Virus record (IMG/VR): IMGVR_UViG_3300027917_000046
Location: 3,078-67,077 of that record
Length of the DNA stretch: 64,000 nt
DNA from: a virus
Reading direction: 5' to 3' (one strand)
Positions 27,585 through 37,334 of the stretch are shown here, in pieces. Each line of letters starts with the position of its first letter. Within the stretch, counting starts at the first letter, position 1. The translations under genes and the position numbers were made by a program. Under the pieces are notes generated by a model that worked only from the letters and a program-made list of their open reading frames with translations, was not told where the DNA came from and made no database searches.

Positions 27585-29851
27585 AGGTAGCGTACGCAGA
27601 GCTAGGTAGAACAGAGGAATCACAAGGTGTACAGCGAAGCAAAACATTCCAAATTAGAACCAACGGCCACGCATTCAAGATGCTTTCTTCCGGCCTTTAT
27701 TCGGATAAGATTACGGCCGTGCTCCGAGAGATTGGTTGTAATGCGCAGGATGCGCATATTGCAGCAGGGCAAAAAAGACCGTTTTTGGTCAAGCTTCCGA
27801 CCCGGCTAGACAACCAGTTCTATATCAAGGACTGGGGCATCGGGATGGACTCGAATGAGGTCGAAGATCTTTATTCGACTTACTTCGCTTCCAGTAAACA
27901 AGACTCGAACGACTACACCGGTGCGTTCGGTCTTGGATCAAAATCCCCCTTTTCGTACACAGACGCGTTCATGGTGACAGCTGTCAAGGATGGCGTCAAA
28001 CGCGTATACACACTACACGTCGATAAGGTGGGCTCTCCTGTTGTATCTCTGATGCATGAAGGGCCAGCCGATGCCGATTGGCAGAGCGGGGTACAAGTAG
28101 GCTTTCAAGTAAAACCAGAGGACTTTGAAAGTTTCCGTACTAAAGCAGAACGCGTATTCCGCGTATTTTCTCCATTCCCAGAAATACAGGGCGTTAAACT
28201 CAAGCCACTTGAATTCACGGAAGACTTGGGTAAGTACGCCATGTTGACCGACGAGTGCGCACACGAACTAGACAGCGGATCATATAATTACAGACTGATA
28301 AATGCTAATTTTGTACTTATGGGTAGCGTTCTCTATCCATTAAAAATCGAGCAGCTCACACGGATTACAGGCTCCGTTGGACAATTCATAGAAGCTGCGC
28401 GTAAAATGAGCGGGCTTATGCTCCGGGTTCCAATCGGTTCAGTACAGGTCGCTGGTAGTCGGGAAGAACTACAATATGATGACGATACCAAGAAGTACCT
28501 AGCGGATATAATTGCCGAAATCCCGAAAAAGGCACTCGAAAAATTAATCAAAGAATACCGAAGTATAAAAACGTATAAAGAAACTTTTACTTTCCGTGCA
28601 AAAGCTGATCAACTTAATAACAATATCCCCTACTCCACGGATATGTTAAAACATTGTGGTGCTACGGATTCGGAAGCTAATGATATTTTTACCGCATCTC
28701 GCTATGGCTGTACATGGAAGATGCCTAGGTGGGATAGTGGAAAGCGAGGCTCAACAATTCGGTTCGTACGAAGCGCAGGCAGCTCAGAATTCCGGCTTAG
28801 AATCGATACAGCTAGTAAAGACCACGAACATAGTGTGCAACCGACTCTTGAAACTAAACTAGTTGTCGGTGATTGTCTAAATCCATACGGCCGTACACGG
28901 TTGGCAATAAAAACCGACAAATTGTCGACTTGCTTCCTTGTTACTAAGCACGAGACAGCCTTGGACGATCAAGGCGTAGAGGATGCGGTAAAAGAACTAC
29001 AAAAAATGTTTAAAGATATAGAGATTATTAAGACCAGCAATTTAGACAAACCAGCCAAGATAAAGAAGGTAGCGGCGCGAGCTAACGAATACCACAATAT
29101 AGACGGACAACAGGTGAAGTTAGACGACATACCGGCTGACCGTAAGCTTTACGTAAAGGTCAAACGCCGTAGCACATGGGGCAACATGCGTACCGACTAC
29201 CATCTCAAGAACAGTAAGATTGGCAGGTACGAACTGTGGCAGCTTAAACGGAATCTCGATAGTATGGAAAGTATTATCGGAGAATTCCACTGGCCGTTGG
29301 AATTCACAGAACGCCAGATTAAACGGTATGGACTGGAAGATGACCCGGATTGGACGGAGTGGGAAGACTATATCAAGGAGAAGCTCGAGAAACAAACAGC
29401 AAAAGATGAACTTAAAAAGCTTCTCGGTAAGAATAAGTTGACCGTAGATATGGCCTACAGTGGACTGTACGCCAAGGACATATTGACCATATTGTGCTGT
29501 TTCAAGAAAGAACATCCGCAGTTTTTTAAGGTGATAGAACCGGTACTGAAAAACCACGGGCTTCTCAACACGGTAGAAACAGTATACAATGACAGTATCG
29601 CAAAAACATCAGGAAAAAGTCAAGTGTACAGTGCCGGTCAGATATCTGAGATATTTAGTACGTATGCTGAACTATGCACTAAGTTCGGCGCCAATGCTTC
29701 GGTTCCACAAGCTCCAAAGACATCGGCGGTTAATGCCTTCGCAAATTACAAGAAGGCAGCAAAGCTTGGGTGGAGCACGTTCATGACGCTCTGCCAGATT
29801 GATCCAGAGTATCTTAAACACGTGTTAGACAGTGAACTAAAGAAAGGTTAA
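27581..29851 (+). CDS. rIIA: rIIA-like protein
   Basis: GHKL-type N-terminus 'LYSDKITAVLREIGCNAQDAH', 'DWGIGM', 'GAFGLGSKSPFSYTD', 'SREELQYD'. Confidence 0.92.
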   Translation: MKVAYAELGRTEESQGVQRSKTFQIRTNGHAFKMLSSGLYSDKITAVLREIGCNAQDAHIAAGQKRPFLVKLPTRLDNQFYIKDWGIGMDSNEVEDLYSTYFASSKQDSNDYTGAFGLGSKSPFSYTDAFMVTAVKDGVKRVYTLHVDKVGSPVVSLMHEGPADADWQSGVQVGFQVKPEDFESFRTKAERVFRVFSPFPEIQGVKLKPLEFTEDLGKYAMLTDECAHELDSGSYNYRLINANFVLMGSVLYPLKIEQLTRITGSVGQFIEAARKMSGLMLRVPIGSVQVAGSREELQYDDDTKKYLADIIAEIPKKALEKLIKEYRSIKTYKETFTFRAKADQLNNNIPYSTDMLKHCGATDSEANDIFTASRYGCTWKMPRWDSGKRGSTIRFVRSAGSSEFRLRIDTASKDHEHSVQPTLETKLVVGDCLNPYGRTRLAIKTDKLSTCFLVTKHETALDDQGVEDAVKELQKMFKDIEIIKTSNLDKPAKIKKVAARANEYHNIDGQQVKLDDIPADRKLYVKVKRRSTWGNMRTDYHLKNSKIGRYELWQLKRNLDSMESIIGEFHWPLEFTERQIKRYGLEDDPDWTEWEDYIKEKLEKQTAKDELKKLLGKNKLTVDMAYSGLYAKDILTILCCFKKEHPQFFKVIEPVLKNHGLLNTVETVYNDSIAKTSGKSQVYSAGQISEIFSTYAELCTKFGANASVPQAPKTSAVNAFANYKKAAKLGWSTFMTLCQIDPEYLKHVLDSELKKG

Positions 29852-29853
29852 CC

Positions 29854-30903
29854 ATGATTCCTATGATTGTAACAAAAGACGGCATTAACTTCATGCTTGG
29901 CTCTAAGCCGTACCATGTAGCGCGAACTGATCCGCATTTTGAAGATGTGTATAATGCGGTGAAGAACGATGCTGATGACTGGGAGATTGAGGAAATTCTC
30001 AATCGTGTCAAGAACCAGCTAGGCAAACTTCAGGATCTGTCACCGCGTCTGTCGTTCGATGGCGCAGTAATTTGGTTCAATGGAGAAATACTGCGTAATT
30101 ACGCAGCTGATCGTCTGCTCGCTATGCTCGCCAGCGGCGATCCGATCGATCCGGTTGTCAACTTCCTAGAGAACCTGCTCGAGAACCCGAGTAAAACGGT
30201 GGTCGATAACTTGTACAGCTTCCTGGAACACGGCAGGATCCCGTTGACGCAGGATGGACACTTTCTGGTGTACAAGGCGATCAACAAAGACTGGACCGAT
30301 ATCTATACCGGAAAGTTCGACAACAGTATCGGGGCTAAACCCGAAATGGTGCGAAACAAAGTCGACGAGGATCGGAACCGTACGTGTTCGACGGGATTTC
30401 ACGTTTGCAGTTACGACTACTTGCCGCATTTTGCGCACGCGGATGGGCACGTGGTTGTCTGTAAGGTAAATCCGGCAGACGTGGTAGCTATCCCGAACGA
30501 CTACAACGATACCAAGATGCGCGTATGCAGGTACGAGGTTATCAGTGAGGTCGACGAATACTACCGCAATGAAGAGAACATCCTGACCACGCAGCCTCTG
30601 TTCCACGTCGGCGGAGTCGATCCGGATTCATATGGATTCGATGACGACGAAGAGGAAGAGGAAGAGGAAGATGATGAAGAAGCATCGGCAGAAGCTGGTG
30701 ATACGTACGCTATTCGCGCTCGCCGCCACGGCTGTCAAGTCTCCGAGGTTGTTGAAGATGGGATAGAAGGCTACAAGAACGCGCACACATCTGCTCGTGA
30801 GAAGTTTATTGCAGGTACTTCGCGTGGTGGTGTGGTAGCAGTAGCCGTGGTCAATGAAAATACGGGTGAGTTGATGTACACCTGGGGCCTATGGACCGCC
30901 TAA
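29854..30903 (+). CDS. rIIB: rIIB-like protein
   Basis: 'NFLENLLENPS', 'TQDGHFLVYK', 'CSTGFHVCS', 'VNPADVVAIPNDYNDTKMRVCRYEV'. Confidence 0.93.
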   Translation: MIPMIVTKDGINFMLGSKPYHVARTDPHFEDVYNAVKNDADDWEIEEILNRVKNQLGKLQDLSPRLSFDGAVIWFNGEILRNYAADRLLAMLASGDPIDPVVNFLENLLENPSKTVVDNLYSFLEHGRIPLTQDGHFLVYKAINKDWTDIYTGKFDNSIGAKPEMVRNKVDEDRNRTCSTGFHVCSYDYLPHFAHADGHVVVCKVNPADVVAIPNDYNDTKMRVCRYEVISEVDEYYRNEENILTTQPLFHVGGVDPDSYGFDDDEEEEEEEDDEEASAEAGDTYAIRARRHGCQVSEVVEDGIEGYKNAHTSAREKFIAGTSRGGVVAVAVVNENTGELMYTWGLWTA

Positions 30904-31209
30904 CCCCAGAACTAGCTCGCATCCTGCAGAAACGCATTCGTCGGGTCATAGAGAAAGCTCGCTATGACCCGGCGAGCGTTCATGATATGGAAGCGGCGGC
31001 CTACGAAGTAATCAGACCGTACTTACCATTGGAGAAGAAAGATGACACGCAGTCAGTTGATAGCAGGACTAGCAAGCATGCAGGGCAAGGACACAGGAAT
31101 CGTCGTCAAGAATCAGCAGACGGAACAGGTCATGCCCATCAAGACAGTGGGTGTGGAAAAGAACCCGTTTGGACGTGAGGACGAATTCTTAACGGTATTA
31201 TACGTATAA

Positions 31210-31267
31210 AATCAAGGATTTATGTGATATATAGAGACTTGATTTCCGCCGAGGAACGTGGTATCAT
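31210..31267 (+). promoter_or_regulatory. Promoter with upstream IHF-like site
   Basis: AATCAAGGATTTA (31210-31222); TTGATT-17 nt-TATCAT with extended -10 TG. Confidence 0.65.
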
Positions 31268-31301
31268 CGGGGCTTTCTCAAATAACGAAGAAAGCCTAGA
31301 G

Positions 31302-32015
31302 ATGAAGTTTAAAGCGTGGAGTCATTCTCGTATTACGACGTTTCAGCAATGCAAGTTCAGGGCCAAATTGGCCTACATCGATCGAATCCCCGAACCGGAG
31401 CGTCCGCTACCGCCGGGTAAAACGGAGCACGCAAATGAACGGGGTGAAAGACTTCATATCGGCGCCGAAGCGTACATCCGCGGAGGCGTGGAACTGCTAC
31501 CTGAACTATCGGCGTACTACGAAGCCGAGTTTAAACGAGCTCGAGAACTGTTCAAGCAAGGAAAACTCTCCCTCGAAGGGGAGTGGGCATTCACTAAAGA
31601 CTGGGAATCCACAGCCTGGAAATCAAGCGACGCTTGGTGTAGAATAAAGGCTGACATGGTAGCGTTCATGACCGACGATTACGCAGTAGTCGTGGATTAT
31701 AAGTCGGGCAAGAGCTATGGAAACGAACTGAAGCACACGGAGCAGTTGCGGTTGTACGCAATCGCTGCACTCCTGAAATACCCGAACATTAAGAAAGTGC
31801 GCACGGAAGCGTGGTACCTCGACCAAGATGAACTTCTATCGATGGACTACACGAGAGCACAAGCCTTGAGGTTCCTGAATAACTTTGAAACGCGTGGCAA
31901 GGAAATGACGGAGTGCGAAGAATTCCCTGCCAATCCGAATCAATACAGCTGCAAGTGGTGCCCGTATAAACCCGAGGCACTCGGCGGCACAGGACACTGC
32001 GATGTAGGCGTATAA
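31302..32015 (+). CDS. PD-(D/E)XK Cas4/RecB-like exonuclease
   Basis: 'WSHSRITTFQQC', 'KADMV...VVDYKSGK', 'QLRLYA', 'CKWCPY...C'. Confidence 0.88.
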   Translation: MKFKAWSHSRITTFQQCKFRAKLAYIDRIPEPERPLPPGKTEHANERGERLHIGAEAYIRGGVELLPELSAYYEAEFKRARELFKQGKLSLEGEWAFTKDWESTAWKSSDAWCRIKADMVAFMTDDYAVVVDYKSGKSYGNELKHTEQLRLYAIAALLKYPNIKKVRTEAWYLDQDELLSMDYTRAQALRFLNNFETRGKEMTECEEFPANPNQYSCKWCPYKPEALGGTGHCDVGV

Positions 32016-32017
32016 CA

Positions 32018-32093
32018 GCCCTGTAAGTGTAGACAGCGACATCCCTGCCTTGTAAGCAGGAGAGGACCGTGCAAATCGTGTCACAGGGCTCCA
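32018..32093 (+). tRNA. tRNA-Thr(TGT), atypical
   Basis: GCCCTGT/ACAGGGC acceptor then T-CCA; CCTGC-CTTGTAA-GCAGG anticodon arm; bulged T stem with TGCAAAT loop; D loop lacks GG. Confidence 0.75.
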
Positions 32094-32112
32094 GATTATT
32101 GTGAGGTGAGTT

Positions 32113-32445
32113 ATGAAACATCAACCAGCTACGCCGCTGCCGTGGAGCTATGTCCCGATTTCTGACTTTGACGAGGACGATGACGGCAACAAGGGGCATT
32201 GGAAAGATGGGCAATTTTTCCCCGTGACCGATGACGAATTAACGCAACAATTAACAGATCACGATTTCGCCGCCCACGCCGCCAACGCCTACCCTCGCTT
32301 GATCGAACAAGTGAAGGTATTTGCCTTCGCGGATTGGGCTTGTGACTGCGTAGATCAAGGCTGGCATGGCGAGGAGGGTCACACCCTAAGCTGCCCGCAG
32401 GGTGACGCGCAAACTTTACTCCGCGACCTCGGAGAATTGTCTTAA
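32113..32445 (+). CDS. Hypothetical protein
   Basis: GAGGTG SD; 'TPLPW...FAAHAANAYPRL' motif common in phage accessory genes. Confidence 0.65.
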   Translation: MKHQPATPLPWSYVPISDFDEDDDGNKGHWKDGQFFPVTDDELTQQLTDHDFAAHAANAYPRLIEQVKVFAFADWACDCVDQGWHGEEGHTLSCPQGDAQTLLRDLGELS

Positions 32446-32447
32446 TT

Positions 32448-32523
32448 TGCACGGTAGTATTCACGGTGAGTACACCCGGCTGTTAACCGGAGGAGCTTGG
32501 TTCGATTCCAAGCCGTGCAGCCA
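32448..32523 (+). tRNA. tRNA-Asn(GTT)
   Basis: TGCACGG/CCGTGCA acceptor, CTGTTAA loop, CTTGG-TTCGATT-CCAAG T arm, GCCA end. Confidence 0.92.
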
Positions 32524-33052
32524 GAACAGGAGGCAAAATGAGAGATTTCCGACTGAAAGTTCCTGCGTTCATCGCGGTGATCCTCACCGCTGTTGTCCTG
32601 TTCATCGCTGCGCTATTCCTGACAAGCTAGGAGACAAAATGATATGAGACTACATACTGAATGCCAAGCTGCCGGAAAATGCCTAAACGAGACAGGAAAT
32701 CACGCGCCGTGTGAGGGTGAGTGTGACCTCCAAGTAATAGAAGATTTTGAAAGGGAAGAGCGATGGGATTGTCCCTTACACGGATTGCAAGATGGACCGG
32801 AGTGTCCGCGTTGTTGATTCTAGGACTGACCGGGTTCCATAATTGGGAGCCACATGCAAACCCATGGCAAGGAGTAGTCATGACGTTCCCGAAGTCAGGT
32901 ACAGGTATATTCACTGGAGTGGCTCGCACATTTAAGACCGAAAAAGAATGTAAGAAATGGGAAATAGACACAAGAGTTAGAACAGGTAAAGTGCATTTCA
33001 TATATGCACCACAGCAGTTTGACGTAACAGGTGGTTGTAAGAAGGTGGGCTG

Positions 33053-33343
33053 ATGGCTATTAGACATTTAATTGCTGTAAATTGTCTGCAAACAAACGAT
33101 CTGTTTCAGCTATCAGAGATGCTGAAGGACGCAGTCAAAAATGCAATTGACGATAAATCGGACCCAATCAGGGATCCAGCCATCAATATAATCTGCCATC
33201 AAGTAGCATTTGCAGGAAACGGAGATCATCCCTTCCTGAAGTATTACAAAGAGTCATATGACTATTGTATGGCGCAAATACAACGTGATCAACACGGTTT
33301 ACCGGAGAAAGATGATGAAAAGCCGATTTATTCGGGTTCCTAG
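33053..33343 (+). CDS. Hypothetical protein
   Basis: TGATG coupling; ORF track. Confidence 0.55.
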   Translation: MAIRHLIAVNCLQTNDLFQLSEMLKDAVKNAIDDKSDPIRDPAINIICHQVAFAGNGDHPFLKYYKESYDYCMAQIQRDQHGLPEKDDEKPIYSGS

Positions 33344-33557
33344 TACCAGAGCAATTTTCGCAGTTGAAAACCTAGTCGCGGTTATTCCGCAGGATATAAA
33401 TGCCTATGGTTTAATCATCAAGGGCTTACCCACGGTCATGGGTGCCCTTAAAGCCGACGGTAGCGATGTCGACTTCATCGTCGAACAACTCGGCGGTGAG
33501 CTGGCCCAAACTGAGGGTACGGCTGAACAAAAGTTGGTAGATACGAATGCAGAGTAG
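33312..33557 (+). CDS. Hypothetical protein
   Basis: GGAG SD; overlaps helicase start. Confidence 0.5.
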   Translation: MMKSRFIRVPSTRAIFAVENLVAVIPQDINAYGLIIKGLPTVMGALKADGSDVDFIVEQLGGELAQTEGTAEQKLVDTNAE

Positions 33558-34938
33558 CGTCCCGCCGCTCTTCGAGCATCAGAAGGGCGATATTGAGTTC
33601 GAGCTCAATAATGACCGGGTCTATGATGCCTCCGATCCTGGAACCGGAAAGACCCGGACAAGACTCGAAGTGTTCTCGCAGCGTCGCGCCAAAGGCGCGA
33701 ACTGTATGCTAGTGATCGCCCCCAAGTCGTTGTTGTACTCGGCTTGGGTGGTCGATTGCCAGAAGTTCACGCCGTGGCTGAAGGTCGTTACGGCGTACGC
33801 GGAAAATCGAGAGAAGGCTTTCAAGCAGCAGGCGGACATCTATGTTACCAACCACGACGCTGTTAAGTGGCTCGCAAAAAAGCCAGCGTCTTTCTTTGAT
33901 AAGTTCTCTGATCTTGTTGTTGACGAAAGTGGTGCGTTCAAACACCGCACGTCCCAACGTTCCAAAGCACTAGGCAAGATCAAGGGCTATTTTCCTAGAA
34001 GGGTGTGCATGAATGGTACTCCTAACCCTAACACGATCACCGACATCTGGAACCAGATTAATATACTTGATGACGGGAGGAGACTCGGGCGATCCTTCTT
34101 TGCTTTTCGGGCCGCTACCCAGCTACCCGAACAAGTCGGTCCAAAGCCGAATATGGTCAAATGGTCGGATCGTGCTGGTGCTGAAGAGTCTGTCTCCGAC
34201 CTAATCAAGGATATCACTATACGCCACGTGTTCGAGGAATGTCACGACATTCCACCGAACCACAACTACATCATGCCGTTCCAACTTACCAGTAAGCTGG
34301 AGAAAGCTTATGAGGAAATGGAGTCGAAAGCAGTATTGGCACTACGGACCGGAACCGTTACCGCTATCAACGCAGCTGCAGTCGTTACAAAACTACTTCA
34401 GATTGCGTCAGGTGCTGTATACGAAAACGAAGACACCTACCACATCCTTGACGAAGCCCGATACGAACTCGTAGCTGATCTAGCTGACGCACGAAAGTTC
34501 AGCGTGGTATTCTTCAATTGGAAGCATCAACGAGATCTACTCCAAAAGGTGTTCGATGAAAGAGAAATCACATACACGGTCATTGATGGGTCAGTCACGA
34601 AAGGCAAGAGGGACAAAGCGGTTGAGTACTTTCAGAACGGCTTTTATCGTGTTCTCCTCGCGCACCCTAAGTCAGCAGCTCATGGACTCACTCTTACAAA
34701 GGGCACGTCAACTATTTGGACCAGTCCGACTTACAACTTGGAGCATTGGCTCCAAGGGAACCGCCGTATCTATCGTGCCGGTCAAACAGAGAAAACAGAA
34801 ACAATCAACATCATCGCGGAAGGCACGTTAGAGGAGCATGTATATTCGGTCCTCGTAAACAAGGGCGTCAAGATGATGGACCTGCTGACATTGCTTAAGG
34901 ACATGGGAAATGCCCCAGCCGACGGAGGAAAAGAATAG
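33547..34938 (+). CDS. SNF2-like SF2 helicase
   Basis: 'DPGTGKT', 'VVDES', 'NGTP', 'HGLTL', 'QGNRRIYRAGQ'. Confidence 0.93.
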   Translation: MQSSVPPLFEHQKGDIEFELNNDRVYDASDPGTGKTRTRLEVFSQRRAKGANCMLVIAPKSLLYSAWVVDCQKFTPWLKVVTAYAENREKAFKQQADIYVTNHDAVKWLAKKPASFFDKFSDLVVDESGAFKHRTSQRSKALGKIKGYFPRRVCMNGTPNPNTITDIWNQINILDDGRRLGRSFFAFRAATQLPEQVGPKPNMVKWSDRAGAEESVSDLIKDITIRHVFEECHDIPPNHNYIMPFQLTSKLEKAYEEMESKAVLALRTGTVTAINAAAVVTKLLQIASGAVYENEDTYHILDEARYELVADLADARKFSVVFFNWKHQRDLLQKVFDEREITYTVIDGSVTKGKRDKAVEYFQNGFYRVLLAHPKSAAHGLTLTKGTSTIWTSPTYNLEHWLQGNRRIYRAGQTEKTETINIIAEGTLEEHVYSVLVNKGVKMMDLLTLLKDMGNAPADGGKE

Positions 34939-35097
34939 TCCGTGGCTCGTGTACATCGATACCCAGACATTCCTATATGCAAGATACCAAAGGAATAAAA
35001 ACGATGTGCGAGCCACAGCACCACGACTTCTCAGGCCCGACGAGGTCGAGAGGTTCCGAATAAATCCGCAGTCTGTGATAGACGAAGGAATAAATAA

Positions 35098-36963
35098 ATG
35101 AATTTAGTTACACTTGACTTTGAAACTTACCACGACGACGATTATACGCTTTCTAAACTTGCTACTTCTGAGTATGTCCGTGATCCAAGGTTTGAAGCAA
35201 TTAGTTGCGCAATCAAGATCGACGACAACCCAACGGAAGTATACTTCGGACAGGATATCCGGCGGGGACTCAAGACGGTTGACTGGGCAAACACGATCTT
35301 GCTCTGCCACCACACCCAGTTCGACGGACTCATCCTCAGCCATCACTACAACATCGTACCCGCTAAGTACGCGGACACCCTATCGATGGCACGAGGACTT
35401 CACCCCAAAGGGAAATCCGCATCGCTGGAAGAAGTGGCAAAGAAGTACGGCAAAACCAACAAATTAAAAATGCCAGATTTCAAGGGGAAACATGAATGTC
35501 AACTTACTGATGAGGAAAGGCAGGCTATTACTGCCTACAACGGTGTCGACGTCGACGCGTGCCGGGAGATCTACGATGAAATGGTCAAGAGCTTTCCTGA
35601 GGCGGAGCTCGACCTCGTTGACGTTACGGTACGTATGTTCTGCGACCCGGTACTCAAGGTGGATCTGGTTAGCGCGCAGACCGAGCTGGACAGGGAGGTT
35701 GCGGCGAAAGAAAAGGCCATTGGTGACAGTGGGTGTGATGCGAAAACCCTCTCTTCTAACAAACAATTTGTGGCGAAGCTCGAAGAACTCGGGATCGATG
35801 TCCCCAAGAAACCCAGCCCTACCGTTTCAGGTAAGATGATTCCAGCTGTCGCCAAGAGCGACGAAGCACTAACTGCGCTACTGGCTCATCCGGACGAACA
35901 AGTAGTAAAGCTGGTGGAAGGCCGATTGGCAGCAAAGTCAACGATCGGTGAATCAAGAGCCCTGCGTCTGATTAAGTATGGCACAGGTATGAATCTTCCG
36001 ATATACTTGTCATACTGTGGCGCACATACGATGAGGTGGTCAGGCGGCGACAAGCTTAACCCGCAGAACTTCAAACAAGCGCAGAAGCTCGGAGGAGCGC
36101 TGCGATCGTGCATTATGGCTCCGGACGGCCACGTCTTGGTGGTTGTGGACGCCTCTCAGATCGAGGCAAGATTCACAGCTTGGCTTGCTGGTGAGGAAGA
36201 ACTTCTCGAAGATTTCCGGCTTAAGCGCGACCCATATTGTGCGTTTGCCTCCAAAGCGTACGGTCGACCGGTCACGAAGGCCGACAAGGAAGAGCGGTTC
36301 GTAGGAAAGACCTGTGTGCTTGGCCTCGGCTACGGAATGGGCGGTGCGAAACTGCAGACAACCATCTTGGCTCAGTCGACGAACCAAGGGCTAGACCCTG
36401 TACGGCTACCACTTGACGTGTGCTACACACTTGTGTCAGTATACCGGCAAATGAATTCTAAGATTGCTAGGATGTGGGGTTGGTTGAACGACTACGGTAT
36501 CCGATACATGATCGAAGGCGAGAATGTAGAGTGGAAATGCCTCAAATTTATGCAAGATGCGGTAGAAATGCCCAATGGATTGAAGTTGCAATATCCTGGG
36601 CTTGACGGACATATCACAGAGAAGGAAGGCACAGGTTTCTTCGCAGATATGGGGCGCCACGCCGCTGTTATGGACGCATCCTATCTAACGTTCAAAGGAC
36701 GCAGTAAGATCTACGGAGGCCTGTTCCTCGAGAACATAATCCAATGTCTCGCCCGGATCAAGATCGGTGAATCAATGCGTAAAATCGCCAAGCGCTACCG
36801 CGTGGTGATGTCGTCACACGATGAAATTGTATCAGTAGTGCCAATAGCAGAAGCACAAGAAGGGCTCTATTGGATGCTCGAGCAAGTATCAACCCCACCA
36901 GTTTGGGCGCCAGACATACCACTAGCGGCCGAAGGTGGATTCGACCAGAGGTATTCAAAATGA
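35098..36963 (+). CDS. Family A DNA polymerase with 3'-5' exonuclease
   Basis: ExoI 'LDFET'; motif A 'DASQIEAR'; motif B 'RFVGKTCVLGLGYG'; motif C 'HDEIV'. Confidence 0.95.
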   Translation: MNLVTLDFETYHDDDYTLSKLATSEYVRDPRFEAISCAIKIDDNPTEVYFGQDIRRGLKTVDWANTILLCHHTQFDGLILSHHYNIVPAKYADTLSMARGLHPKGKSASLEEVAKKYGKTNKLKMPDFKGKHECQLTDEERQAITAYNGVDVDACREIYDEMVKSFPEAELDLVDVTVRMFCDPVLKVDLVSAQTELDREVAAKEKAIGDSGCDAKTLSSNKQFVAKLEELGIDVPKKPSPTVSGKMIPAVAKSDEALTALLAHPDEQVVKLVEGRLAAKSTIGESRALRLIKYGTGMNLPIYLSYCGAHTMRWSGGDKLNPQNFKQAQKLGGALRSCIMAPDGHVLVVVDASQIEARFTAWLAGEEELLEDFRLKRDPYCAFASKAYGRPVTKADKEERFVGKTCVLGLGYGMGGAKLQTTILAQSTNQGLDPVRLPLDVCYTLVSVYRQMNSKIARMWGWLNDYGIRYMIEGENVEWKCLKFMQDAVEMPNGLKLQYPGLDGHITEKEGTGFFADMGRHAAVMDASYLTFKGRSKIYGGLFLENIIQCLARIKIGESMRKIAKRYRVVMSSHDEIVSVVPIAEAQEGLYWMLEQVSTPPVWAPDIPLAAEGGFDQRYSK

Positions 36964-37334
36964 GCAGGACAGTCGCGGACCTTTCAGACGAGATTTTGGC
37001 TATTAAGAACGATATCCAAATGCATGAGCAAGAGATAACAGAACTCAAAAAACAAAAGGAGGAACTGGAAAGGGAACTTATCGCGGAAGCAGAAAAGCAG
37101 CAACTTAAATCGGGCGCGGGAACATCATCCTCGTTCTCGATTAAGGAAGAAACAGTACCACAAGCATCAGACTGGGATGAAGTTTGGAAATTCATCAAAG
37201 AGAATGATTACTTCCACATGGTTCAGAAGCGACTGTCTTCTACAGCCTGTAGAGAATTGTGGGAGCTTGGAACGACAATTCCTGGAGTAAACAAGTATAC
37301 AAGTCACAAAGTCAACGTTAAAGGAGTGGATTAA
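36960..37334 (+). CDS. Coiled-coil replication-region protein
   Basis: 'DWDEVWKFIKEN...VQKRLS...IPGV' pattern; ATGA coupling. Confidence 0.7.
   Translation: MSRTVADLSDEILAIKNDIQMHEQEITELKKQKEELERELIAEAEKQQLKSGAGTSSSFSIKEETVPQASDWDEVWKFIKENDYFHMVQKRLSSTACRELWELGTTIPGVNKYTSHKVNVKGVD

Noticed and set aside
31302-32015. Cas4-like nuclease suggesting CRISPR
   Set aside because: No repeat-spacer array or other cas genes seen; stand-alone homologs are common in phage replication modules
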